Shown: positions 10,837 through 24,852, counted from the first letter of the stretch. The stretch: 64,000 nt of DNA from Antedon mediterranea (GCF_964355755.1 NC_092670.1:14308795-14372794); one strand, 5' to 3'. The notes: a model not told the origin generated them from the letters alone. Program-made: numbers and translations.

Positions 10837-11448
10837 GTAACACTCATTTTGTGTAAATTCTTTGCATAAAAAAATAAACGTGTATTCAAATTGCTTACAT
10901 ACCTGTCAAGCCTAGAGTAAAGTACTAACAACTTTGTTGCTTGTGGTATTTGCACATCACAACGTGAAGCAGCCTATACTGATAACGATACTAGATACTT
11001 TACTCTTAATTCCTTATTCTTCAGATGGGACATTAAGCTGTTTGTCAGAAAGCTGTAAGGCTCTGTAAAAGTTGGATAACAACAAAAACTAACTCCGCCA
11101 TTAATTTTTCTGCATGTGTTAATTATATTTTTTTACTGCGTGGCAGCTATTCATATTCTGGACAGCAATTTGACCTCCTGAGATGCTTTATTGCTTTTCA
11201 GATCCGAAAGGTTATTGTTTGTCTACAAAACATTGGCCTAAGACGACCTAGGCTAAATTTACGGCTTTTACTCTCTGCGGGTGAAATCAATTAAGACGAT
11301 TGTACACTGCATGGTCCGTGGGTGTTCTAATATAGAAATTCAGTTTGTTTCTTTATTTCTAGTTTATATTAATATACCATTTGAGCATGTAGCTAAAACG
11401 GTCTTCAGAATCATTCACAATTTAATTTCTTTGCTTTTTATTTTAAAG

Positions 11449-11691
11449 ATAACGAAATACCAATCATTGATGGATGTCCTGACGATGTTACAATAAACAC
11501 AACAAGTGGTTTATCAACAGGCGTGTACACCTGGCCTCAGGTGAATGCTACGGATAACTCTGGTTCTGTTAATTTGTTTGGTCCTCAACCACCGGGCAAC
11601 ACTTTCACAATTGGAGTCACGTCTATCCTTTACATTGCTATTGATGATTACAATAACCTGGCTCAGTGTGAATTTACCATCACTGTTATTG
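11449..11691 (+). CDS. Gene 1 HYR exon
   Basis: DNEIPIIDGCPDD...CEFTITVI, 243 nt. Confidence 0.9.
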
Positions 11692-12187
11692 GTAATTTTT
11701 TTGAAATACTTAATACTTATTTAAAGGTCTGCTAAAGCTGTTAGATATACACAGTTGTTAGGAATTCACATATCCATTGACTAATTATGGGTGGCTGTCA
11801 CATTTTGAAAATCTGGCCAACTTCTGCCTACGTACTGTATCAACATCGTTTTACTAAAATGCTGGACTTGTGTGGGGCTATCACAATTTGATGCTTTAGC
11901 CATTGTACACCGACATATCAAAATGAGCTTGGATGCATCTCAAATATGTTACAGGTTAGTTTCTATAAGTCCAGAGCATGCTGCAACATGCTCGTATTCC
12001 TAAAGGTTGTCTTCATACATTGGCTGTAAGTCTGATTATTTTACACATAGTTTGAACATTTCTTAGTATATGCTCTGAACTTAAGCAAAACTTGCCTATA
12101 ACTTATTCATATGCCAGCGTTTTATATAATATAACAATTCTGTATTGTATGTATTTAAAAAAAATGTAACTTTGTTTGTGTACTTAG

Positions 12188-12430
12188 ATGTGGAAGCCCC
12201 GGTAATTGATAGTTGTCCAGAAGATATGATTGCTTTTGCAGAAGTTGGCGACGCCTATGCCAATGTGTCATGGGTTGAACCAATTGCAATGGACAACTCT
12301 GGAACTTTAGATTTTGAAGCTGACAAGGATGTTAATAGCGGTTTTCCAATTGGATCGACCATAGTTACATATACAGCCAGTGATGAGTCAGGAAATCAGG
12401 AAATATGCTCATTTAATTTAACAGTATTTG
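12188..12430 (+). CDS. Gene 1 HYR exon
   Basis: DVEAPVIDSCPED...CSFNLTVF, 243 nt. Confidence 0.9.
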
Positions 12431-12665
12431 GTAAGTTCTTCTACTTTTCAATCATGAAAATTTGCATAACTTTAATGTGGTTTCGCAGTAGATTTAATTT
12501 GACAGTAGGGAGTTTTTGCATTAGCACTTAACTCACAAGCTCCACTTTTGACATGATAAAAAAATCGAAAAATACACTTAAACATGAAAGCCTTGGTCAA
12601 TGAATTGTAATATAGTGTGAGTTGTTGAGGTACTGACTTGTAATGAAGACTCTTACTCGCTTAAC

Positions 12666-13037
12666 TGTCGTAATACATATATTGTTTATTCAGTATAATA
12701 CTTGATAGTACGATAATAATGATACAGCTAACTAACTGACTGACTAAGGAACAGAGGATATAGTGATGCTGTCGGTGAGGTGTGAAGTGTGTAGGTCTGC
12801 TTCTGGAGAAGTGGCTGTGAGGTGTGTGCTCCGTGAGGTGGCTGTAAGGTGTGTGCTCCGTGAAGTGGCTGTAAGGTGTGTCTGGGCTCTTCTGAAACTT
12901 GGGGGTATATTGGCTTCGGTTCATTTGCATATGTCACTACGTAATCTGTGAGGGTAACGATTGGTCCTAAGTTGGTCCAGGGGTGTTTAGGTAGAAGAAA
13001 TTAACAGTATAATAAGGTATTTCTATGATGGATGACA
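12666..13037 (-). mobile_element. Possible solo LTR containing a 27-bp minisatellite
   Basis: TGTCGT...ATGACA ends, higher GC than flanks, AATAAA on minus strand near the left end, three copies of gtggctgt(g/a)aggtgtgt at about 12810-12880; no clean TSD. Confidence 0.35.
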
Positions 13038-13463
13038 CTGTCAAATCTGTACTTAAACAGTGTCAATCTCTCCTGGTTTAACGATGGGAAAAGTCACAAA
13101 ATTAAGCTAAGTGTTTTCTTTAGGGATTCTATTATAAACTAAATGGTCATTAAAACATCTGGACAAACTCTCCTCTGGACTTTCTGGGTCAAGTTTGTGA
13201 ACTTATTTGAATTCTGATACAAAGGTCAATTTCTTAATTATAAAAGTATATCGTTATATTACAGAATATAATTACTGTATATCAAACAGAAGTTCCAAAA
13301 GTTTATGTTTTTCCCCTCAAAAATTGAACTTTCTTTTTCTTCACAATGTGTTTTATGAAGCTTATACTTTTTATGAAATTAAGCGAATTAAAAAAAAAAA
13401 TCAAATGTTGTTTTAACAAATGTATACAGTACTTTTGTATTTATCTTATCTTGCTGATTGTAG

Positions 13464-13712
13464 GTAATGATATGGAAAATCCGGTTTTTGAAAACTGTCC
13501 AAGCGATATAAATCGCACTACCATTGATGGTGAAAGTTATAATGTTGCAGTATGGCCGGATATTATGGTTACCGATAACATTAAAGTTTACAACACAAGT
13601 ATGACGCACATGAGTGGAGATAACTTCTCTATAGGAATGACAGAGGTTATATATACTGCCTTTGATTCAGCTGGAAATGTTATGTACTGTGAATTCATAG
13701 TATGGATTATTG
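13464..13712 (+). CDS. Gene 1 HYR exon
   Basis: GNDMENPVFENCPSD...CEFIVWII, 249 nt. Confidence 0.88.
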
Positions 13713-14269
13713 GTAATTAGTGTTTGTTACTGTTCTTGTAGCCGTAGCCGTCTTCTTCTGAAGACACCTGTTACCAGTTGAATCGAGATTTACGTTTATA
13801 CCATGTTATACACTTTTATTTTATTTTTTTGATTTCTATAACATTAAGAATAAGAATTATGTTATTTATTAATATGAAATAAGATAACGTATTGTTGGTC
13901 AAAATAATTGTACCTAACCTTCTAAACAATCTCTTGCACTCAAAAATAAAAAAAAACAACATTTCCTTGATATCCTTACAGCGTTGCCCAGATTTTTTTC
14001 ATGAATGTTGTACTAGCTAAGGGAGTACACTTTCATTGTATATTTTAACATTCAGACTTACACTCCGCCATAATTTCGACTGGAATGTATATTGAAGCTA
14101 CTCTACTGGGCCTACCATGATTAGATTAGCTGCTTTAGTTACCAACAATATTCCTGATATAATATAAAATTTATAAAAGAAAGAGCAAGAACCAATACAC
14201 AAATGAGAAAACAGATTTTTCTTAAATTATATAACTGTCTATTTAAAAAAAATTAATTTATTTCTGTAG

Positions 14270-14512
14270 ACAATGAAATTCCAACACTGAATAATTGTTC
14301 AGAAGATATTTCTCAAGTTGCTCTTCTTGGCGAAAATTCAACTACCGTCAGTTGGGATAAACCAGTAGCCGGTGACAACTCCGGAGAAAATACCCTCACA
14401 TCAAATTACTATCCAGGAGCCATGTTCTATTTCGGTGATACAGTTGTAACTTACACTATTGTTGATCCATCTGAAAACAGCAACAACTGTTCATTCACAG
14501 TCACCGTTGAAG
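14270..14512 (+). CDS. Gene 1 HYR exon (absent from ORF track)
   Basis: DNEIPTLNNCSED...CSFTVTVE, 243 nt, ag/gt. Confidence 0.88.
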
Positions 14513-14786
14513 GTTAGTGCTATAATTCGCTTTCAGATGCTTCTAATGTTTCAATTCTAATTTTAAATTGTCATTTTTGGTTAAAAAATTAATTTATGCA
14601 AAATAATTTATATGTAAAATTTAAAAAAAATAAAACAATGTAGATTATATTATTATTTTTCTGTTGTTTCATTTACGATTGATTAGTGTTTAATAAGTGA
14701 GTTGCCGAGTGGTTAACCGCAATCCATTTCCATAATAGCGGCAAGGGTTCTTCACTCTCTCGCTTTTCATTGTTTATTTTTATTAG

Positions 14787-15032
14787 ATGAAGAAGCTCCT
14801 ACCATATCAAATTGTCCAGCAAGTATTATAGTTGAAATGGATGAAGGAAAAAATTCAACCGATGTAACTTCAAATTATAATGAGCCAACAATCACTGATA
14901 ACAACATTCTGTCAGATGTTGTGGTCATCCCAAGTGGTCAGATATTTTTTTCCGGAACAACCACCGTAACTTACACAGCCACTGATGTATCTGGGAATGA
15001 AGCAGAATGTTCTTTTAACATAACAGTCATTG
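14787..15032 (+). CDS. Gene 1 HYR exon
   Basis: DEEAPTISNCPA...CSFNITVI, 246 nt. Confidence 0.9.
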
Positions 15033-15559
15033 GTAAGAATAAATTGATAGATTTATAAACATTTTTAATACGGATAGCTAATTTGATAATGTTCTTACAA
15101 ACATGACAAAAACACATTTAGAAAGACTCCAGATAACAAGACAGTTTATATTATAAATTCCCAAATATACAGTACTTTAAAAAAAAAAATGTAAAACAAA
15201 AGATACAGGTGTTTTTACAAATACTTTAAATATAATGTAAAAAAAATAGACATTACTTTTATTTAAAAGTTAATTTCTTTTTGAAAAAATGTATACTGTA
15301 TTTATCTATTTAGTATCATTGTTCATTATGCGTAGTATAAACTGGCCTTACATGGAACTAAGAGCAGACAAGAAATGTTGTAGATTACTTTCAATAACAT
15401 GGTGATAAGATTACATTTAATAAAATGGTGATAAGATTACATTCAATAACATGGTGATTTCTCCCAGTTCTAGTTCATAATGCTATGCCCAAGGCCATTT
15501 TTAAAAAATATTATATTTTTTAACTAAATGCTTTTGAATGAATACACATTGTTTTTCAG

Positions 15560-15805
15560 ACACTCAGCCACCTGAATACATTGGGTGCCCATCTAGTCCA
15601 ATAATTGAACTTGTCCCTATTGGAATGGCAAATAGATCTGTGTCATGGACAGAACCTACAGCTACGGATAATGCTGGCATCTATAAAGAGACATCCACTC
15701 ACAATCCTGGCGATATATTTGAAATTGGAACAGTTACTGTGACTTACACAGTATATGATACTTCTGACCTAAGCAGTACTTGTGTGTTTGATGTAACAGT
15801 ACAAG
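15560..15805 (+). CDS. Gene 1 HYR exon
   Basis: DTQPPEYIGCPSS...CVFDVTVQ, 246 nt. Confidence 0.9.
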
Positions 15806-16536
15806 GTAGTATTTCCTTAAATAAAATAATCTATTACAAAACTATTCAAACATTGAGCTCACACCAGCTCAATATATCTTCCTTTACATTATCTTCTTTC
15901 CTTCAGGCAATCATAGTTATTCATTTATTTTGTTCACAATGAAATTCATCTAACCATACAATTGTCCAAAATAATAGTTAGTCGAAGGAAATAATATCAC
16001 AGAAAATGATGACACTATTTAAAATATACAACAGAGCTACAAAATGAATATGACGAACAACAATTGCCTTCCAGAAACAAACAAACCTTTGTTTCTTTAT
16101 GTACAATTTTTAAAAATTATTATCTCAACGCTTTTCCAAGATTTGTACTTTTATGCAATGTTGATATTCCATACTGCTGTTTAATTGTTCATTTACATTA
16201 ACAGGTAAAACCATTATTCTTGCTAGTTAAATAGGTTTAATCTACACCACTTTAATTTTGTTCCAGCTTCGGTGGTAAATAAACAAGCCCTGAAAAGTGC
16301 AATAATTTCCAATTGTTTCCAATACTACAAAAACTATTTGTTACTTCATTCATTCATTCATTCTGCTTTTATTCAATATTTCTCTTTGCAGTATATATAA
16401 AATAAAACTGAATTGCGAGAGATTTACATATAAAATTGGTACAAGCTTTCAAACATCAAAATTTACAACATTAAAAAGTTAAAAAGTTAAAAAAAAAATG
16501 TTTTAACTTGCTCCTAATGTGCTATATGTTATATAG

Positions 16537-16782
16537 ATACTGAAGATCCTGTGTTTATGAACTGTCCAACCTCTCCAATAAACATGGACACAAATGAAGG
16601 CCTAGCATACGCCAATGTGTCATGGGATGATCCTGAACCTATGGACAATTCCGGCGTGTTTACTGTTAACCAAGAGGTGTATTCTGGTGATGGATTTTAT
16701 GTTGGTTTTCACACGGTAACGATAACAGCTGTAGATGAAGATGGTAACATTGGTATCTGCTCTTTTACTATTATTGTCGAAG
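16537..16782 (+). CDS. Gene 1 HYR exon
   Basis: DTEDPVFMNCPT...CSFTIIVE, 246 nt. Confidence 0.9.
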
Positions 16783-17169
16783 GTAATCTTTTAATTTACA
16801 TGCCAATTTGAAAACCTGAGAACCATGTGACTATCCTGGCCGAAATATTATGGAGTATTGGTTGTGTTAACACACCAGTGGACATATTCACCTTTCACTT
16901 AAACACCCATAACATTAAAAAAAATAATTCTATCTAAGTGAATTAAAATTTTTAATGCACATTCTTAATTACTCTTAAAAACTAAAGCATTTTTACTTAA
17001 AAGTAAAATACTTAGGGAATATCTGTAAGTTGTAAATAGTATACTGTACATATTTAATTTACATAACAGCTGAAAGACAATCAAAAATGATTAAATCATT
17101 GTGTTTGTAAGTTATTATTTCATCTGAAACGTTTTTGTTCTCATAAGTTTATTTCCTCTCTCATTTCAG

Positions 17170-17412
17170 ATAATGAAGACCCAGAATTCAATTGTAGCCT
17201 TACATCTGTAGTAGTCGAAGTTGGCATGAATAGTTCTACTGCAGAAGCTGATTGGATATTAGAAGATGCTACTGATAATGTAGGCGTGGTTAGAATGACA
17301 CAGAGTCACAACCAATCCTATTACTTTGTTATAGGCATGACCATGGTTACGTATAATGCTTGGGACGAAGCAGGCAATGAGGGCTCGTGTTCATTTTATG
17401 TAATTGTAACAG
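17170..17412 (+). CDS. Gene 1 HYR exon
   Basis: DNEDPEFNCS...CSFYVIVT, 243 nt. Confidence 0.9.
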
Positions 17413-17863
17413 GTAATTTCTAAAAATTTTAATTTCTTTGGCTTTATTATGCAATTTCATTATGTGCTTGATTCGATTAGATTTCAGCACCAAAGAACAA
17501 TAAAAACAAGAAATAACAAGAGAACAATAATTATTTTTGCAATTTAGAAAGCATTTTTTTGGGTAATCATATAAATATGTTTATTATTATTATTTATCTG
17601 ACTCCAACTTATAAACAAACAAAAGTATAATGCAGTAAAAATTTGTATATACTACAGTACCTGCACTGGAATAACTCCGCCAGATTCCTATCAGTCAAAA
17701 TCAAATCACTAACTTATTTTCAGAGTTTATTTAATATAATATTACCATAACATCTTAGTAGATCAAATGGTGTACTGGAGTAGATTTGATATGTAACAAT
17801 ACTATTCTAGAAAGTAAGGTTTTTGTTCGTTTTTTACAAGTAAAATGTTGGTTTATCTTACAG

Positions 17864-18106
17864 ATAATTACGAGCCAGTAATATCAGGCTGTCCTGACTC
17901 TCTTATGTTTTACACTGACCCTGGGCAAGCCAGTGGAACAGCCAACTGGACAGAACCCACAGCTTTTGACAATTCAGGTTATTTTTCTTGGGATATATCC
18001 CATCAACCACTGTCAACATTCCCAATTGGTGAAACATGGGTATCCTACAATGCAACAGACAATAGTGGTAACACTGATTACTGCTGGTTTGTTGTTGTTA
18101 TTATTG
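17864..18106 (+). CDS. Gene 1 HYR exon
   Basis: DNYEPVISGCPD...CWFVVVII, 243 nt. Confidence 0.9.
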
Positions 18107-18487
18107 GTAAGTATAGGCTTTAAGATTATCTTTTCCAAAAAGGGTTTTCTGTGTTTCAAAGACCTTTTACGCCTAAGGGTAGTGCATTAGGCAACTTCAA
18201 TTAAAACCATGATTAAAATGCGTCTGTGAATTGTAATGATATGGCTGCCGTAAAATATGAAGAAGACTTGACCACTGCTCTGTCTTCTGCACTTTTGAAA
18301 TATCCGCTCCTAGAACGCTCAGAGAGGTGTGTATTTTGTACTGTTTTATAAAGCAATTCTTATTTTAAAAATTGTGTTACAATTTAGAATTAGATATTAG
18401 TAAACCTTTGTAGGGTTACATACCTACTTTAATGTCATTTTAAAAACTATTTAACATAACATATGGATTTATTCAATAAAAATTTAG

Positions 18488-18730
18488 ACAACGAGGATCC
18501 TTGGATAACTTGTCCTTCCAACATCACTATGGCTTCTGATCCTAATTCAGCAACAGCAGTTGTGAATTGGATGGAACCAAGTGTCATGGACAACAGTAAT
18601 GAGGTCATTGCTCTTGGTCAGTCTCATTCATCAGGAGATATGTTTCCATTTGGGGAAACAGAAGTTGTCTATGTTGCAGTTGATGCCTACAACAACACAG
18701 CAGTTTGCTCTTTTATAATTTATATTTATG
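18488..18730 (+). CDS. Gene 1 HYR exon
   Basis: DNEDPWITCPSN...CSFIIYIY, 243 nt. Confidence 0.9.
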
Positions 18731-19070
18731 GTAAATGAAGAAAATCTTGAAATTGAGATAACCTATTGTTAATTTAATTGATTAATTTAGCACCCCATGC
18801 CGTGCATTATCTGGATCCATGGCATCAACGCAATGCTGTTGACTAGACCAGTTTTTAAATCATCAACAATCATTATTTATTTAAAAACCAAATTACTGAA
18901 AATATTACAATTCTGTGAGTGGCTGGATCTCAATGGAGATCCAAATAAAATTATCAGAAAGTTAAATTAAAAAGGTAAAGTCAAACAGCTAGAAAGAAAA
19001 TGCCCTTTCATCATACCTTATTTAGTTTAATACATTAAAATAATATCAAACATGAAATTGTTTTTATCAG

Positions 19071-19319
19071 ACGATGAACCTCCAGTATTTGATAACTGTC
19101 CAGCATCTGCTGTCATGAATGTTCTTCCAATTGGCCAAGCATCTATGATAGTCAACTGGACTGACATTACGGCAACTGATAATGATGGCTCAAACCCACC
19201 TGTGTCTTGTGAACCTGAAGATGGATCAATCTTTGATATTGGAACATTCTTGGTTACTTGTAATGCAACAGACATGGCAGGCTTAACTGCAGTCTGTGAA
19301 TTTGACCTTACCGTTGCTG
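19071..19319 (+). CDS. Gene 1 HYR exon
   Basis: DDEPPVFDNCPA...CEFDLTVA, 249 nt. Confidence 0.9.
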
Positions 19320-19679
19320 GTTAGTAGATGTTTAGTAGTATTCACATAAATTAATAAATATTCTTTATGTGCAGTATGTTTTTGTATATCTACTTTTGAA
19401 TCAAATTGTATTGTATCACGGTATATTCAGATGGAAAAGAATATTAATATAATATATTCATAACATGACTAACCACATCTTCTGAATATTCATACTATTC
19501 ATATTTATAATAATGATTAACCACCTTTATGAATATGTACAGTATATATTGATAGATGTATTAAAACGACTAACCACACCTTATGAATATTCATAACATG
19601 GCCATATCTTATTAATATTGATATTCATAAAATATTGTTATTCATTTATTAATATTATTTGTGTTATCACAATGAATAG

Positions 19680-19922
19680 ATGAAGAGAATCCAGTAGTTT
19701 TACAGTGCCCTGGAATGCAAATAGGGAACACTAATCCTGGACATCCAAATGGAACTGTGTCATGGACAGTAACGGCTTCAGACAATTCTGGCAACTATAC
19801 CATTGAAGAAACCCTAACGAGTGGAGCTTTGCTTCCCATTGGAAACCACATCAATGCGGTTACTGTGACTGATCCTAGTGGCAACCAAGATAGATCTTGT
19901 TTTATTCTAATTGTTATTGAAG
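19680..19922 (+). CDS. Gene 1 HYR exon
   Basis: DEENPVVLQCPG...CFILIVIE, 243 nt. Confidence 0.88.
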
Positions 19923-20383
19923 GTAGGCCTACAGTGAATCTTTACCCACAGGTTAAAACTATGACATTTTATTTCAATGATATAACCATGCATTTGTTTT
20001 ACTACAACATGAAATCAGAACATATTGCGAATGATTTTAACATAGTGAACTGAACTCGATTGTATAACTTTTATATCAGATACAATGTTTCAATAAGTAT
20101 ACACAGTAAAATACAAATATAAGCAAAGGACAAACTACACAATATTTACAAGGTATGACGTTTGTGGTAAAGCATACATGTGAAGTAAAATTAAAACTAA
20201 ACTAAAACACTGATTTCATGTTAAACAATAACATATACATGCACATCATGAATGCTGTTGACATTAATTCTGAGATCATCATCAAAAAGTAATTGTAACC
20301 AGACATACTGTATGTATTTTATTTAAACACTTGATTAAAATATGCAACATATTATTGTTATTACAATTTCTTAATCACTATAG

Positions 20384-20629
20384 ACAATGAAGACCCTTCA
20401 ATCTCTTGCCCTGCCAACCAAACGTTGGAAACAAATGTTGACCTACCGACAGCATATGTGACATGGGAGAATGCAACTGCTTGGGATAACTCACTAAATG
20501 TCATGATAACATCTGACCCAGCATTATTATCACCTTATGACTTTCCAATTGGGACAAGTTCTGTTGTGTACACTGCAACGGATGGTTCTGGCAACTCAGC
20601 CTCTTGTGAATTTATTGTTTGGGTTGAAG
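20384..20629 (+). CDS. Gene 1 HYR exon
   Basis: DNEDPSISCPAN...CEFIVWVE, 246 nt. Confidence 0.9.
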
Positions 20630-20785
20630 GTAAATAGTATATATATTTATATCATCCATATTCCCTAAAATACAAAGAAACAAATGAAATGAAACATCTT
20701 TGGCTGGTCCAAAACTATCTATTTTTTTTAAGATTGAATAATAAAAGCAAATTTCTAATTTAGGTTTAAAACATTAATTTTACAG

Positions 20786-21031
20786 ATACTCAGCCACCAG
20801 ACATATTATCCTGTCCAAACAATACCGAACTCTTAACCATGCTTGGAGAATCGACTGTGCAATATTTCTGGAACAATCCTGTTGCCATTGATAATTCTGG
20901 CAATGAAGTTACATTCACTTCTGACATACCGAATGGCAGTGATTTTGAGAGCGGTAACACAACAGTTACGATTACAGCTGATGACGGGAACAACAATGTA
21001 GCTTACTGTAATTTCACTGTTACAGTTATAG
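20786..21031 (+). CDS. Gene 1 HYR exon
   Basis: DTQPPDILSCPN...CNFTVTVI, 246 nt. Confidence 0.9.
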
Positions 21032-21281
21032 GTATGAAGCACTGTTCACGTACACATTATGAGTGTACATTCACATTTATTGTGGGTAAAACATCATAGT
21101 AGTGCATAGTATGTATTATATGTTACAGTATGATTCTGATGTCTTTTTTTTTCATCTTTATATACCTCCACTTTGAACAAGTAAAATTACATTAAACAAA
21201 AGTGTAAATAAATATATACATCTGATTTCTACTACACAATACTAGTACTATCATTAAATTGTTATTTGTTTTTAAACACAG

Positions 21282-21578
21282 ATGATAAACCACCTTATTT
21301 TGATATTTGCCCAATCAATATTTCTATGACTCTACCACCTGATGCTAGTGGGAATAATGTCACAGTTTCTTGGAGGCCACCAATTGCAAATGATTTGGAG
21401 AGCAGTCCCTTAGTAATATGGCTACAAATTTTCCGTTTAATCATCCACTATAATTCCACATCAAGCAACGTGTCTGTACCACCGTACGATTTCCCTGTCG
21501 GAATCAACGAGGTGTTGTATAAGGTGACTGATGATTTTGGAAACAATGCTACATGCTCATTTTTTGTGGAGATAATCG
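21282..21578 (+). CDS. Gene 1 HYR exon, atypically long with a hydrophobic internal segment
   Basis: DDKPPYFDICPI...CSFFVEII, 297 nt. Confidence 0.8.
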
Positions 21579-21996
21579 GTAAGTAATGTACCAGAACATA
21601 TCGACCACCTTTGCTTGCTTAAAATTATATAATTTGAAACGCCTTGTTATGTCAATACAGGGGTCATTACATTTTCACATACTAATTATTCATGCATGCT
21701 GTTATGCATGAGCAGTCATTTGTGGCTATCTGTCTATTTTCATATTAACAACTTTTTATTGATGCAGCACTACTTTTCACATTATAAATATTCATGTATG
21801 TAGTTATGCATTGGTATTCATTTCATAGATTTTTTTATTTTCTTGGATAGTACACAATTGCATAAACAGAACCTGGAGAATATTACAAATAATAAATATC
21901 ATGTGATGCAATATTATCCAAATTTAATGATATTCTATTGTTCAAATGTTAGACAATTACATAACTTGTGTTTATTTTCTATCTGATTATGTGCAG

Positions 21997-22233
21997 ATGA
22001 TACGGATCCAATAATCAGTTGTCCAAGTTATCGTAACTATTCTACTGAAGATGGCGAATCATTTGCCCATGCCGCCTGGGATGAAGTCACAGCTATGGAT
22101 AATTCAGGAAGCGTAGAAGTAGCTCCTACCACAACTAATGGCTACTATAATGTTGGAGACTATTCAATTTTGTTTGTAGCTTCTGATGAGAGCAACAATG
22201 AAGCATATTGCTCATTTAACTTTTCAGTAATAG
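21997..22233 (+). CDS. Gene 1 HYR exon (absent from ORF track)
   Basis: DDTDPIISCPS...CSFNFSVI, 237 nt. Confidence 0.88.
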
Positions 22234-22679
22234 GTTAGTTTCTAAATAATATATAAAGGGCTCCAACAACCAATATTTTACTGGTACATTTTTTGTAGTT
22301 CATTAGAAGTATTTTTTATCTTTATCTTCATACATTATTCAAGGTTTATTCACAAATATTGCAGTCACAGCAGAAGCAGAATACAATGTTTATATTATAG
22401 TAGTAAAATTATAGCATTAAATATCATGAAAAAAACTTCAATTCAAATCAGAACATATTAAAAACCACCAAAACAGTGCACTCAAATACAGTATAAGGTA
22501 TCAGGACTGTTGTTCTGATTCAAAAACATATACGAAATGGACTATGACTGTGCCAAGGCGTGATGGATAAACTATATTATTCATCTTGTCTTCTTTGACA
22601 ATGTAGGATGATATTAGAAGGAAGATATATTATATTTAAACATATTTGTATGTATTATTTTGTATTTTTCTTTTATAAG

Positions 22680-22919
22680 ATACGGAACCCCCAAGTTTGA
22701 CCAATTTCTGCCCTGAAAGCCAGACAGAAATCGGCTCTTCAGTCACCTTTGCCTGGACACCACCAACATTCTCTGACAATGTTGGTGTTGTTGAAACCTT
22801 CTTCCCAGACAGACCTGTTCTGACACTGTTGGTCTCGGATGGAACAACCTTGGTTAACTACACAGCAGTCGATGGGGCTGGTAACAGTCTCTCGTGTATA
22901 TTCAACCTTACAGTTGAAG
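22680..22919 (+). CDS. Gene 1 HYR exon
   Basis: DTEPPSLTNFCPE...CIFNLTVE, 240 nt. Confidence 0.88.
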
Positions 22920-23271
22920 GTATAATATATAACAATATGTTGGGGAAAATGGTTTGCCCTACCTTCAGATTACTAGCCTGAAATTCATACATCGTAGACA
23001 TTCATGGCTATGATTAAGCTTGCTTTCTACTTGGATGCTACGCAAGGGCGTATGCATTGTGTTCATTGACCAATCACACTCAGAAGTTTGGATGATCCGT
23101 CACATCGCTCTCTGCCCATACATACCTCTTTGTAAAAAGATATATTTATATTTTCATAATCATTTTCTACAGAGGAAACGAACATAATATTATACCATAT
23201 TCTTCACATTTATATGGATTGTCATTATGGATGGATTGATTGATCAGAATGTGTTAATGTTTTTATTACAG

Positions 23272-23520
23272 ATTCTGATGCCCCAATATTTGATAACTGT
23301 GAGAACGTTACAGTGACTGGTACTACAAGCCCCAGAAGTAACAGCACCACAGTCTCCCTGCCAGTGTTGACAGCAACAGACAATTCTGGTGATCCACCAA
23401 CAATCCGCAATGATTATGAGTATGGTAATGTCTTTTGGTTTGGTGAGACGGAAGTGGTCTTTACAGCCAGTGATTTGGCCGGGAATCAGGCTATGTGTAT
23501 TGTTACTGTAAATATCCAAG
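23272..23520 (+). CDS. Gene 1 HYR exon
   Basis: DSDAPIFDNCE...CIVTVNIQ, 249 nt. Confidence 0.88.
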
Positions 23521-23834
23521 GTAATAAATGTGTTTAAATTTCTTAGAGGAAGTTTATTAAAAAATAGGGCAAACAAAAAGATGGAAAAGCATCTGTAGAT
23601 AGTGATGATTTTTAACTTGTTTTTTGCTCTCCATACTTCAAGCACCTTAACGGCTGGCGAAAAGTTTTCCATCCCGTTGCTGTTTATACATACGATCTTA
23701 CACTTAAGACCCCATTGATTTATTTTACTCTAGGATTTATGCCAACAATTTTCATAGTTCGGAGTATTTTCCGAAGAATCGGCATCCGTATTTGTATTAT
23801 TACTAATCATTAATAATCTGTATTGTTTTTTTAG

Positions 23835-24071
23835 ACGAAGAAGATCCTACGTTTGTGATGTGCCCAGGCTCAATGTCACGAGCAGCTAATGGCACCACAG
23901 CAACACATTCCTGGGAGGATCCAGTAGTTGAGGACAATGTTGCTGTAGCATCTGTGATTCCTGATATATCACCAGGCAGTGTATTTCCTCTAGGAACAAC
24001 TGTTGTGACATATACTGCAACAGATACATCTTCAAATGAAGAAACTTGTTCTTTTACTGTTACTGTAACTG
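23835..24071 (+). CDS. Gene 1 HYR exon
   Basis: DEEDPTFVMCPG...CSFTVTVT, 237 nt. Confidence 0.9.
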
Positions 24072-24169
24072 GTATGTACCGTATTTACAGGGAGGACCTC
24101 TTCTATGTTTAAAAGAGTTTTTTTGTTGCATATATTAATATTATGTAAATATGCATATTTGTTTTCTAG

Positions 24170-24412
24170 ACGAAGATAGTCCATATTTTGATAGTTGCCC
24201 ACCAAGCCAAACTGTGTGTGCTATTGAAGGCAACACAACATACTTTGTATCTTGGTTTGTACCAATTGCTATGGATAATGATGGCCAGCCAAATGTGACA
24301 GAAAGCCACTCACCAGATATGGTATATTATGTTGGAATTTATGATGTGACTTACACAGCTACTGATTCCTCTGGAAATGAAGGCTTTTGCAGCTTTGTTA
24401 TTACAGTGAGAG
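24170..24412 (+). CDS. Gene 1 HYR exon
   Basis: DEDSPYFDSCPP...CSFVITVR, 243 nt. Confidence 0.9.
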
Positions 24413-24852
24413 GTAAATGAAAAATATTTTTACTATACACAATAGTCATTATTATATTCCCGCGAATAGAACACTCTTGAGTTATGACTTGTTGAGCATT
24501 TTTCCATGTCACAAAAGGTTGATAAAACATATTAATATGCATGCACATTAATGAAAACTTTCGATTCGCACGAATAAATTTGCCTAGTGTAAATGCGGCT
24601 AAAGCTAGTGTATTTCCAAAGGTTTGACTTCTTTATTGTTACTGTGATGTGAAAAGGCAAATGCCAATAGAATTACAGAAAAACGGCTTCATGAAAGCTG
24701 GAAAATAAAATGTAGTGAACATTTCCCTGGAGCCATTCACCATCAGATGAATGCTATTGCTGCTGAATTTGCTTGATTATAAATAGTTGTACATTGTTCA
24801 TAAGATTACTCCTATGGCACAAACAATATGATGACATTTAATTTTCAAATAG

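Noticed and set aside
15388-19650. Short intronic tandem repeats (about 26 bp at 15390-15460; degenerate units at 19450-19630)
   Set aside because: Ordinary slippage-type minisatellites with no further structure.
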